Below, piece by piece: positions 51,601-64,000 of a DNA stretch of 64,000 nucleotides. Position numbers and translations under genes: made by a program. The stretch comes from Camelus dromedarius (lineage: Eukaryota). The notes below the pieces were generated by a model. That model was not told the DNA's origin, did not search any database, and was given only the letters and a program-made list of their open reading frames with translations. Where the stretch lies: contig NC_087436.1 in NCBI RefSeq assembly GCF_036321535.1, forward strand, positions 4,836,001-4,900,000, given 5' to 3'. How positions within the stretch are numbered: the stretch's first letter is position 1; each line of letters opens with the position of its first letter.

Positions 51601-53309
51601 AAACCAAACCAGAGGGAAGGAAACAGGTGTAAGGCAGAAGGAAGGTCACGAATCGTCAAATCATGGCCTCACAGAAGCATAGAGATTAAAGTCTTTTCAA
51701 AAAGTCAAAGTCAAAGTCAACTGTCCAACCGCCGCACACAGAGGAGCGTTGACACAGTACTGGGAGGACTCGTATGCTTCTTTTTATTACACGGTGGCCA
51801 GATTTAAGCTCTTGGAGGGGACAGCCAAGTCTCTCCAGGCTGATCTGTCTAGAAGCTTATTTTTCTGGAGGAAGAGTTGAGTTGTCTTTGCCTAAAACTG
51901 GTATAGAAGGAAAACGGATGAAAGATGTTCCTCACTCTATGAGTAAGTGTTGTAAATGGCCTAAGATACATAGACTTTTGATGATCACACAATTTGGTTT
52001 ATCAGAATCGAATAAAAAATATAGCCAGGAACAATGTTCTTTTGTTTATATTTCTTGTCTTGTTTGTTACCTGGTTTGCTTTTCCTTGAATGTTTTGCAA
52101 GACAGTTTTATAGGCAGAATGAGGCTTGATATCTTTTTTTGGAGGCCAAAGAAATGTGGACATTGGCTCTGGGAGCTATAAACTCTGAGAGGGTGATTTA
52201 GAAGGTGCGTGATTAATGTCTCTTTCTTCCTAGGAGCCTTCATCTTCCAACCTTGTGTCACAGCACCCAGCATTGTTCTCAGTACAGCGTGAAGAATAAA
52301 TAACTGTGCTCACAGATTACCATCCCTTTGTTGCCAGGAAACCATTACTGGAGTGTCCAGACATGGTCCAAAAGACAAGCCATGCGTTTGAGATACATAC
52401 ATAACAAGTACATACACATTTTTCTCCTAAAAACATAATATTCAACTTGAAGGCAAGGAATAGAGGATAAGAAAATGTTGGCCTTTGTATCTTTTTTTTG
52501 CTACAGTAGAAAACATACAGCCTAGAGATTGATTTAACACCCCTGTACCAATTGCTCGACTAGACAGTGTAAAATGGAAAGCATCCTAGTTCCTTTGATT
52601 TTTGTGACATTTCCTCTGTGGTTATTAAATGAAAAGCACCTACCATAGAGAAGCTTTAACATACAAAGATATATAAAAGAGATAAAAGAAGTTGTCCATA
52701 AGCAAACAACTCAGACATGACTACCCAGTCTGCCTCTTACACGTATACACAATTACATCAATATTTGTGGACACAGCACATGACATTTAAGAAACACACA
52801 GTGAGCATTAGCTACCATTAGCAAACAGTAATTATTATGATGATGATTCTATAATGTAATTTTAAATTTTTAGATCATATGGACTCCGTAGATGTATCTG
52901 ACTTTATGAAAGCATTCTCCTAATTTTGGACAGTTATATTTTACATTGTGTATCATTAACATTTTTCTACATAAATCTCTCTATATCTCAGAATATTACT
53001 CTAAATTTATAGAAGTGAAAATAGCTGGTCAAGACAGAGGGGCATTTACAAAGTTATGAAGCATAAGGTAAGATTTCCCTGTAGATATAAAATGCGTGAG
53101 CTTTTATCTTAGTGACAGTGACCACATCCATTCTCCCTAGAAAACACTGGGCATTACTCATTGGAAAAACATCTTTAATATTTGTTAGATAAAAAGTAGT
53201 AGCACCTTCCTTAAATTTGCATTTTGACCTGCTGCATTTCTTTTTTTTTTTTTTTCATTTCAGTTATTGGTCACATGTGTAGGTTCTTTTTTTCCTCCCT
53301 CAATTTTCT

Positions 53310-53449
53310 TTTCTTTTTTCCTTTTTATTGGTGGGGGTGGGTAACTAGGTTTTCTTATTTATTTATTTTTGGAGGAGGTACTGGAGATTAAACTCAGGAC
53401 CTTGTGTGTGCTAAGCATGCGCTCTACCATTTGAGCTATAACCCCCCCC
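53310..53449 (-). mobile_element. Vic-1-type SINE with perfect 18-bp TSD
   Basis: TSD TTCCTCCCTCAATTTTCT at 53292-53309 and 53450-53467; GGAGGTACTGG...CAGGACCTTGTGTGTGCTAAGCATGCGCTCTACCATTTGAGCTATA. Confidence 0.95.
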
Positions 53450-54050
53450 TTCCTCCCTCAATTTTCTATTTGGGAAATCATTTAAAAAGTTCATAGATGT
53501 TAAGGATTGCCTTTGTGTACAAAGCTCTCTTTTGCCCTAGTTTTTTATTTTTTTATGCAAAAATCAGAAATTTCTAAGTTTTATGTATTCAAATACTCTT
53601 TACACATTTTTAAGAAAACACACATGCAAACAAACACACAACAAAAAAATCAATTGAAAAGATTGGTAAGTAGCTTTATAGTCTTTGACCTCGAGAGCAC
53701 ATCTAGTTAGATTGTTACTGGGCAATTTTGTTTGTCTATATCATTGTGCATGTTTTATCTCTCTTTGGATTGTTTCTAACATAAAATAGATTATCAAGTC
53801 ACCACTGAAAATATTAGAGATCTTACTGAAGATCAAGTTTTACTAATTATTTAGTAAAGAGTACAAGTAAATCATGGGTCACAGAAGAAGCAGAAAAAGT
53901 CTAAGACCACGAGTGCTGGTTCTCAGACCCGTCTTTTTTCCCCATGACTACGTTCTCTTGCACAGATTAACGTGTGAAGGCTCTAAGCGATATACACTTA
54001 CTAAAACAGAGTTGTTTGCATTTAATTTATTTAACTTTTAAATTTTAAAA

Positions 54051-54139
54051 AATTTTTAGTGGAGATACTGGACATTGAGCCCAGGACCTCATGCATGCTA
54101 AGCGTGTGCTCTACTGCTAAGCTCTACCTTCCCCTCCTC
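54051..54139 (-). mobile_element. Short Vic-1-type SINE
   Basis: TTGAGCCCAGGACCTCATGCATGCTAAGCGTGTGCTCTAC; flanking AATTTTAAAA at 54041-54050 and 54140-54149. Confidence 0.85.
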
Positions 54140-54394
54140 AATTTTAAAATATTTCTATTTTGTACTCTGAGAGTTATGTAGCTTACGTGACATTTTCCTG
54201 GGAGGTACACCCCGTACTTCACGGATTCAAGCTTTGTTTACTGTACGCACACCTAAACAGACCAGGCACACCCCACCAACACAGACCACAGAGAAGTGCT
54301 CTGTGTTAGAATTTGCTGTCAGTGTATTTGCCAGAAGGCCTGTCATTTGAAAGATTCCAAGACATTTTGACCACATCATCTTCCTTTCTTCCTT

Positions 54395-55640
<1,246 letters not shown>

Positions 55641-56389
55641 ACAGAGTGAAAAGAGGTTGTTGGATTTTCCTTTGCCCCCCACAATTCTCCTAGCAGTTAA
55701 CCGTACAAGAAAACTACTCTGCTGAAAACAAGACTTACCTTTCATGAGGAAAGAACGACTCAGAGGGCAGAACCAAGCGTCCAGAGGAAGAAGCAGAGGG
55801 GCAATTAAAATTATATTTTGGGGACCTAATGAGAAAATGTCTGACAGTCACCAGGCTGGATTTCAGAAACGCTGTGGACCAGGAATTCGTGTCTGGTTTC
55901 CATCTTCCCCTCTTGCTGCCCCACCATGGTCTACTGGGTATGTGGGAAGGGGCGGGGGCAGATACCGTGTCTCCTCAGTTTAGCAAGTCTACGGGACGTA
56001 CACAATCAACTGTAAATGGGGATCTACCCCTAAGGGATTTCACTCACATCTACTATGTTATTTGACCCTCAGTAAAACGTTATTAATAAGCCAAAAGGAT
56101 AATGTTTTATTTTTTCACACAATAGTAGAAAACAACAGATTTCTATGTTTATACACTATCATTAGAAATTTTAATACAGAAGTTTGTGGTTAGGCTTGCT
56201 TAGTTTGATATCATACTTAGGTAAAATTAAAATTTCTGTATCCAAAGGGTAATTACATTACTTACACAATAGAAAAGTAGGTAATATCAAACAATTTCCT
56301 GGATGGGAAGAGGGGGGTGGAAATAATCTTTAGAATTATTAGTTTCCATTCATATATTATCCTGTTTTAAAGAAACATTAACACCAATA

Positions 56390-56980
56390 ATGCTGGGAGC
56401 TGTTTAGCAGTATGTATTTAAACAGAACACCTGCATAACACGACTATACTCTAGCAATGTCATTCATAGGTATATTCCTAGCAAAGAAGTGTGCATGTAT
56501 TCCCCAAAACACATGTAAATGAATGCAAATAGCAACACTATTCATAATAGCTCCAACTGGAAAAAATGTCCACCAGTGATGGAATGAATAAATAAATTGC
56601 GTTGTGTTTATATAATGGAATATTTGAGAGCATGAGAATCCACAAATTACCACTACCCAACAGCATGGTGAGTGACAGAAACCAGACACAAAAGACCGTA
56701 TGCTGTATGTTTCTTTTTACAGGGAATTTAAAACCAGTTGAGAGAAATGTACTGTTATTTGAGGTCAGCATAATAGTAATCCTGGGGGAGGAGGGGCTAA
56801 TGATGGCATTGTGTTGTATAAAGGGGGGTTCTGAGGCTTTTGATCTATGAAGACTGAGTACATGGGTTTTTTTTTTCACCTTATGAAACTGTAAAGCGAA
56901 ATGGTATTTTCACCTTGCCAACTGCAAGCTTACCATTTGTGCACTTTTATAAATGTAAGTTACACTTCAGCAAGTTTATT
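56390..56980 (+). mobile_element. L1ME-like 3' end
   Basis: CTAGCAATGTCATTCATAGGTATATTCC...ATAGCAACACTATTCATAATAGCTCCAACTGG...GAGGTCAGCATAATAGT...GTGCACTTTTAT. Confidence 0.75.
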
Positions 56981-57679
56981 TAACAGAAAAGATAAAGTTA
57001 TTTTAATGATAATGCATTAGACACAGTAATCCAGACCAAAAGAGATAAGAATTTCTTTGGAAAATATTTTATAGAAGGTTTATATTTAATGTAAGCTAAG
57101 AGAGAGAGCAGGTTTTGTTTTAAAATTATTTCTAGGAGTAGTTATCTCATGGATAAAGTAAAAATATATACAAGATTTCCTTAGCATTAACAAATCTACT
57201 ACATTTTCTTAGAAAGCTACAGCATCTCACATTTGAAATAAGACCTCATAGATTGTACTATTCCTGAATTTTCAGGCCACAATGCTTTCAGTTTTTTGCC
57301 TCATAGGGTGACAATGACCCTTGGATTAGCTCCCAGACTCAAAAGGAATGCTGCAGGAGTCAGGATCTCTCTCTTTCTCCCTCTTTCTGCATCTCTCCAC
57401 ACTTCTTGTGTTTGTTTGGCTTTATTTTGAGTCAGCTTCCTCTGTAGATGGGGAGAAATCTCATGGATCCTCATCCTCAGCATCTCACAAGAAGTGGTAT
57501 GCCCCAGGGCGTACTTTCTTCATGGATAAAATGGGGAGAACCGTACCTGGCCCCAGAGATTGTTGTGGAAACTGAGTGCACTGTGCAAGAGTCCGGAAGA
57601 CTGACTGGCACGCAGCAACCTGCTTCGGCCGCCCCGCCCAGACTTCGCCCTTCAAGCTGGACTCACACTTGAGATCTTT

Positions 57680-58712
57680 ATCGGATGCCTAATAAGCCCC
57701 TTCAGTTGAACGTTTCAAAAACCAAGCTCCTGGTATTTCCTCCAAACCTGCTTTTCTCATGCTTTTCCATCCTTGTACTCAATTTTTCTAACTGCTCAGG
57801 CTGAACACCATCCTTGACTGCTTTCTTCCCCTCAGATCCCACTTCAGATGTGTCAGGAAATACCCTTCGTTCTATGAGGGCTGCCCAAATGTCTTTCTAC
57901 ACTGATGAAAAATGTCAATGATCTGTGCTGTCCAACGGCACCGTGGGCTCACGGAGCTAACTGAATTTTTAGTTTTACTTCATTTTTAGTAACTAAAATT
58001 TTAATTTAAATGACTGCATTTGGCCCTACTGGATGGGGCAAATAGATCTTCAAAGTATGTACAGAACCTCACCCCTTCCGTTATCACCCTCCGGGTCCAG
58101 GACCCCCTTATCTCTCGTCTTGTTCTGTGACTAGCCTCCCTGTGTGCACAGTCCCGGCGCTGAAGCGATGCTGTTGGCGTCCGTGTCACCCCCCAGCAGT
58201 GCTGCTCTCGGAGACCCCCGGAGGCCTCTCCTCTCACCGGTGTGGCCTTGCCCCAGGGTGCCTCTCTGAGTTTGCTTCTGGCGTGCTCCGTCTCTCTCGC
58301 TTGGCCTCAGGATGCTGACCGTGGCATCAGCAGGGGCCTTCCCAGAGAGGACCATTGCTCCTGGGTCTTTTTCTTCCTGGCCTGCCCTTCCTCGAGATCT
58401 CCCCAGGGTTCCCTCTTTTACTTCTTTTGTTTCTTCCTTCACATTCTCCCGAAGGCCCTTCTGTCTAGATCTTCTAAATTTTCAACCCTCCCCCAACACT
58501 TCCTTTCACCTTCCACTAATTTACTTTTCCTTCTCAGCATGGATTTCCTACTCATTCTCGAGGTAGTCTGCTTACTCATCGCATCGACGGTTTCCTTTGT
58601 TGACATGAAAGCTTTAGGATGGAAATGATCCCTCGTTGTAGTGTTTACTTCTCCACCCCGAGCACCCAGAATCTGGCCAGTCCACGGTAGGTCTTCTATA
58701 AATATTTATATC
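57680..58712 (+). mobile_element. L2 LINE fragment with nested MER3
   Basis: TTCCTCCAAACCTGCT...TGCTCAGGC...CATCCTTGACT; resumes CTTCAAAGTAT at ~58048; ends GTAGGTCTTCTATAAATATTT. Confidence 0.65.
57875..58042 (+). mobile_element. MER3-like hAT element nested in L2
   Basis: CTTTCTACACTGATGAAAAATGT...ATCTGTGCTGTCCAA...AACTGAATTTTTAGTTTTA...TTAATTTAAAT. Confidence 0.65.
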
Positions 58713-59513
58713 CATCGGGCAGATGCACTATATATTCCTCCAGACTTACTCATAGGGACTTTCTTAAGTCTTGTGAGTATTTGCTTACTATGCATACACA
58801 CACGTGACTTCCATTAACTAAAGTTTTTAGCAAGACATTTGAATTGTGACTAAAAATTATGTATATGCCTAGTCTGAAAAAATTTCATGATAACATTACC
58901 TTAAAGAGAAGCTTTTGCTTAGTCCTTAAAACCTCGTAGACAGGCTCCTTTGCAGACTCCTTCTGCAGTAAAATCCATTTACTTAATTTTAGACGCAATA
59001 TGTGTGAAGAACACCAAGATGAACAAATGTTATTTTATTTTCTCCTTAAACTACTGTGTTCTACACTATATTTAAAACTTTTTTCAAATGTAATGAAATA
59101 ATGCCAAATTAATTCTCCCTTAAAAAAATCTTTTCATGAAGTTTGTCACTAACATAGATGTTGATTCTCATATTTTCAGTTAAAAAAACAAAAAATTCTA
59201 TTAAATGTTAGTTAACATTCCTTCAAATGTATTGTTAACATTGTTATGTTATACATACATATGTTATAGTAAATTATGTTGTTCGTTATGAAAAACATAA
59301 GCTCCAGTGACTGTATTATTTTCTTAATTCATTACAACTTTTGTAAGTATAAGAATATATTGTCGTACATTATAAAATACTACTTTTAGTGTTCAGTAAA
59401 AGTCATTTTTGTTACTGTTGGCTTCACTCCTGTCAATACTTGCTTGATTATAAATAAATGGATACTGAAAATCCTGAAATGATTGGAAGATAACTTAACA
59501 GAACTGATAAAAC

Positions 59514-60076
59514 CCACAGTTCTCAAACTCTGCCCTAAGGTACCCTGGGTGCCATAGTGAGCTCATAGACACATATGGAATATATTTCTAAAAGAAACAT
59601 AGAAACACTCAACATTTCTTGGACATCTGAGCTACTAGGTCAAGGTAGTTCACAGTTTCCATGTATTTCATGATACATTCCTCTCAGTGATGTTAATATC
59701 TCTACCAACCTGGGATTTTTTTTTTTTAAGTTTTAACTTTTTAAAAAAATACAATAAACACCAAATGCTATTAGAAAATCAGAGTAAAACAGGAAATGAG
59801 GTAATGACTAATCAGGTTTCAAGGACTGAGAAGTTGTGTAGGACTTCACTAGGCACACATAACCCATTAGTAATTGTGGTTACTTAAGAAAAAAACAAAA
59901 CTATTATTTAAAAAAAAATTTATGTGTAGTGTCTTTGAACATGACCACTAAGTTGTTGGGATATTAAAACTTATTGTGTAGACCTAACTACTTAATAAAT
60001 GAACCTGCTAGAGGTTTCCTTTGGCATAGGAACATTGTGAAATTATTACTGATACCAGAAAATTTGAGAACCTGTG
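59514..60076 (+). mobile_element. hAT-Charlie DNA transposon (MER119-like) with terminal inverted repeats
   Basis: TIRs CACAGTTCTCAAACT ... AATTTGAGAACCTGTG; internal GGTAGTTCACAGTTTC, AACAGGAAATGAGG, GACCTAACTACTTAATAAA. Confidence 0.75.
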
Positions 60077-60119
60077 GAGTCAGGTTATTTGTTTTCTACT
60101 TTTGTTACTTCCTGGAATT

Positions 60120-60452
60120 TCTTTTTATTTCATATTTTCCAGTTTTATTGAGATATAACTGATACACATCTCTGTACAAGTTTAAGGTGTACAGTACAAT
60201 GGTTTGACTTACGTATTTTGTGAATTGATTACTGTGAAAAGTTTAGTTAAATCCATCATCTCATACAGATGCAATAAAAAGAAAAAGAAAGAGAAGAAAT
60301 TCTCCTTGGGATGAGAATTCTTAGATCCCTGTCAGCATCTCCCTCTGTGCTGTACAGCAGTGCTGCCTGTGGCCACCATTCATACATCACTTTCTTAGTA
60401 TTTGTCCACCTTTTAATTGAAAATTTACACCCTTGACCACCTTCCTCCAGTT
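60120..60452 (-). mobile_element. L1MA9-like 3' end
   Basis: TTTTATTGAGATATAACTGA...AAGTTTAAGGTGTACAG...GTTTAGTTAAATCCATCATCTCATA. Confidence 0.8.
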
Positions 60453-61789
60453 TTAGTTTTTATAACTCTAAGGGACATTTGTAGGAAAACGGTACGATGA
60501 ATCCCTTAAGGCTATAAAACTATTTGCGAAAGTGCGCCTGTGGTCCTGGTCCGAGCTACTTTCAGTTTGTTTATCACCGATAGAACTTGGAAACACGCTT
60601 CAGTTTGGACTTGTAACAAAAGATGATCAAAAATAGTGAGGTTTCAGTTTCAGAAAAACTTTAAAACGTAGTTTTGAAACTCTTTGGATTTGACAAAACC
60701 CAACTGAATCCTGCCAAGGCACTCCTTCCCCTAATTTTTCAAGCTCTTGTGTATTTGTAGGGAAATTTAATCCTTATGTTACTGATTCATTTACACTTAA
60801 CTCATCAAAATGTTTGGTAAATGCTATTGCATTTGATATCCAAAGAGTTTTATGAGAAGTTACGTCTGGAAATTTTAAAGTTTTATAAATCATTCTCGAA
60901 CTTCTTTTCCTTAAGCCAGAAAGTCACATCTTCCCAAAGCATGTAGAGCTAGAATCTTAAATTTGACTTAATTTTGGTAGGGTTCAGAAACTGAGTTAGA
61001 GAAAATTAGTAAAACGTTTTGAGTGTTCCTCTTGTAAGCTATCTCAATCTACTGGATTGGGGTTGCCCCTAATAGAATGTTATTTCAATAATTTAAAACC
61101 TAAGCAATAGTCAAAATTTTATATATGCTTTTAATGAAAATATTCCAACTCTAAGAATAAAAGATTGCCCTTTAATCATTTTACAAGCTCTCTTAATGGA
61201 TAAATTTAACATAATGAGCCATAGTGGCTAATTTGTTATCTTATATTTCATTGGCAAAAACTTCAAAACAAACATAATAGCCCTGTCATTGCATTTTAAG
61301 TGACATAACTCTTGTCTATGCTCTCAAGAATGTGTCCTGCAGCGAGCAAGTTAACATGTTAAAAAACAAAAACTGTAAAAAAATGCATTAGATCATGTCT
61401 GCAAAAGACAAACGTTTGTTAATCACACTGTGTTATTTGGCCTAACTTTTTAATGTCCTCAACATAAGGCATTAATGAAATAAAGTTAAACTCCAACCAA
61501 ATACTAAATGTGAGTAATCATCTCTTTTCAGCAACCAGCTCACTAAAAACACAATGTGAATTTCCCTTAGATACAAAACAGAAGACGCATTTATTATGGC
61601 AAACCATACAAAATTGCTACTTTTAAGTAAGAAATGGGTCCAATATGGGCAATTTCACATGGCACAATCTGTATCTGGCCATACACTTATCAATGTATTG
61701 AAAGTATTATTTCTAGAAGAATTACTTTATCAGGAAGATCTAGTTTACACATTTTTAAAGAGCTATTGGGGACGAATGCAGGATATCTA

Positions 61790-62262
61790 AAATGCATTTG
61801 AAATTAAGAGATCAGCAATTTAACACAATCATGTATATATAGAGAGAGACTTCTACACCAAAACCTTGTGGTAACTGCAAACCAAAAACATATAATAGAT
61901 AGGCACACACAAAAGAAAGAGGAATCCAAATGTAAGTCTATAGTCATCAAATCACAAGAGAGGAGAGCAAAAAGAAGAAAGAGAAAAAAAGACCTACAAA
62001 AACAAAAATGGCAGCGAGAACGTACGTATCACTAATTACCTTAACTGTAGATGGATTAAACACTCCAACCAAAAGACAAAGACTGGCTCAATGGATACAA
62101 AAACAAGACCAGTATATACGCTGTCTACAAGAGACCCGCATCAGAGCTAGGGACACATACAGGCTGAAAATGAGTGGCTGGGAAAAGGAAACCAGAAGAA
62201 AGCTGGAGCAGCAACACTTATATTAGACAAAATGGACTTTAAAATAAAGACTGTTTCAAGAG
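61790..62262 (+). mobile_element. Internal L1 fragment: inter-ORF region plus ORF2 endonuclease N-terminus
   Basis: ORF 62008-62226 MAARTYVSLITLTVDGLNTPTKRQRLAQWIQKQDQYIRCLQET is the APE-like EN start (ITLNVNGLN...CLQET). Confidence 0.9.
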
Positions 62263-62439
62263 TTATCTGTATTATTATCATATTTTTCTAATCCAAATAA
62301 TTTCTTAATTAATCTTGAAATAGGCTTCCAGCCTTAGTGGTTCTTCAAGCACCTCAATCAAGATAACCAGGTTCCGTAGTTGTAAGCCCTAAATCTCATG
62401 GATTAAGAAAATAATGCATTTAATTTTCACTCAGGTGAC

Positions 62440-62682
62440 TGCACTGCACCTGTTGTCTTCACTCCAGGGCCCAAGCTGATGCCATGACAGTGAGGGAGGC
62501 AGAGGGAAGGACACAGGGCTCATTAAACTTTCCCTGGAAAGTCCAACAGTTCACTCCTGCCCAGTTCATTGGCCAAAGCAAATCAGATGGCAAGTAATAT
62601 CAGTGGAAGAGAAGAAATGCAATCCGGTCAGGTGCCCCGAGTGAGAAGGCAGAGGGTTGGTGACTAGTCCTGATGACTACAA
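62440..62682 (-). mobile_element. Ancient MaLR LTR remnant (MLT1L/K-like)
   Basis: ACTCCAGGGCCCAAGCTGA...TTCATTGGCCAAAGCAAATCAGATGGC...TGGTGACTAGTCCTGATGACTAC. Confidence 0.5.
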
Positions 62683-64000
62683 AACCCACACTGTCAACTG
62701 GAGCTTCTACATCATGGGAGACCCCCTCAGAACGCAGACCTTCAGTAATACTTGATGTTCCTCCAAGCACAAGAGAAGAAGGATCTGCAACAATTCATGG
62801 GAAGTTAATGGTGGGGTTATAAAAATTCATTATGCAGTAAATTTAGCCAAGGCAGTAAAAAATACTGTGTTTGGAACAAGGAAAGAATATTTCACCACTA
62901 TCTTAGGAGTGAACTTTCTAGGCTCAGACTAGGGTAGCACAGACCACAGGAGGACTGGGTCGTTACAAACCAGTGGGTATGATGTGAACCAGCGGGAGCT
63001 GACCATGCTTCACAGAGATGGACAGACCGCTGACCGGTGGCCACTGTGTCCCTCCAAACAGTCAGCTGGCTGATGTTGACCTAATGAAGATGGAGGGGGA
63101 AAGAATAAGCCCATTTTTTGGTTTGTGGCTCTGGGGGGCGTGCTGTGTGATGACAGAAGTGTACTCAGACACACCTTCCTTTCCCTATTTCTTCTTGTCT
63201 GTTATTTGTAATCATATGATTTTAGCATGCTGCAGCACCAGGGCCAGGAATGATAGACACCACCACAAAATTTATCATTCTGTTTCATAAGGAAGCAAGT
63301 TGCATTCACAAGGTGGTCAAAGCATCCACACATCAGTGGGCGTACATTCCTTAGAGAAATCACTTTTTACAGGAGACCACAAAATTCAAGAATAAAATTA
63401 GGAGTAATAAAAAGAAATCATAATTTGCACAAATTGGACCGTGCATTTAGTGGCTGAACTCTAAATTTCTTTACGTGAACCAGTTAACCGACCTGGATGA
63501 TTCTGCAGTAACTATTAATGACACGTTGAAGAATCTTGTGAGCACCCACATTGTGATCCTCTAGCTTCTGAAATAAACTATTTTCAAATTCGTCTTGACT
63601 TCTTAGTCCAGGATGTTGGATCAGACACAGGGGCAGCATCTGGAACGGCTCCCAGTGCAGCAGGAAAGGACAGAAGGACTGAACTGATGTTAAACCCAAG
63701 GCACCTGGGTCATTTTCTCCAGCGTATAGCTTCGCTTTGTTTGATATAAAAGACATTTGATATTGTTATAGGCTGGGAAGTTGACTCATTAGAAAGGAAT
63801 GTCAACCTCTTGCTTCCAGACCACACTGCCACCCGGACAGATTACAAGGTCAGTCAGCAAACGACGGGGAAAACACAGCTCTAGCGAAGCTGTACGGAAT
63901 GACCTAATTAGATTTATTCAGCCTGATCTGACCGTGTTCATTTTCCTTTTAAGTGTAACACACTCATTCGAGGAAGATAAAACATCATGACAACATCACC

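Overview
This is mammalian non-coding DNA, most likely a long intron or intergenic stretch from a camelid (alpaca, llama or camel). That call rests on seven copies of a tRNA-derived SINE with the head GGGGAGGGTATAGCTCAGTGGTAGAGCGCATGCTTAGCATGCACGAGGTCCTGGGTTCAATCCCC (Vic-1 type) plus artiodactyl-type L1 3' ends. I found no recognisable host protein-coding exon, rRNA, true tRNA, CRISPR or prokaryotic feature. The listed ORFs are chance ORFs, microsatellite artefacts, or decayed L1 ORF2 and MaLR-internal fragments. Much of the window is interspersed repeat: young L1 3' ends (several with clean target-site duplications, one twin-primed, two nested in older L1s), old L1M, L2, MIR, ERV1-class solo LTRs, MaLR (MLT1) LTR and internal pieces, and hAT DNA transposons (MER3-, MER58A- and MER119-like). 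The two best leads not explained by repeats are (i) a multi-helix RNA structure at 60643-60995, whose G-U pairs favour the + strand and which encloses a 56-nt exon-like unit, and (ii) a polypyrimidine-CAG|GTAAGT recursive-splice-site-like motif on the - strand at 3861-3890. Several motif-dense enhancer or promoter candidates are also present. Repeat subfamily names come from my recollection of consensus sequences, not from a database search, and the host gene could not be identified.
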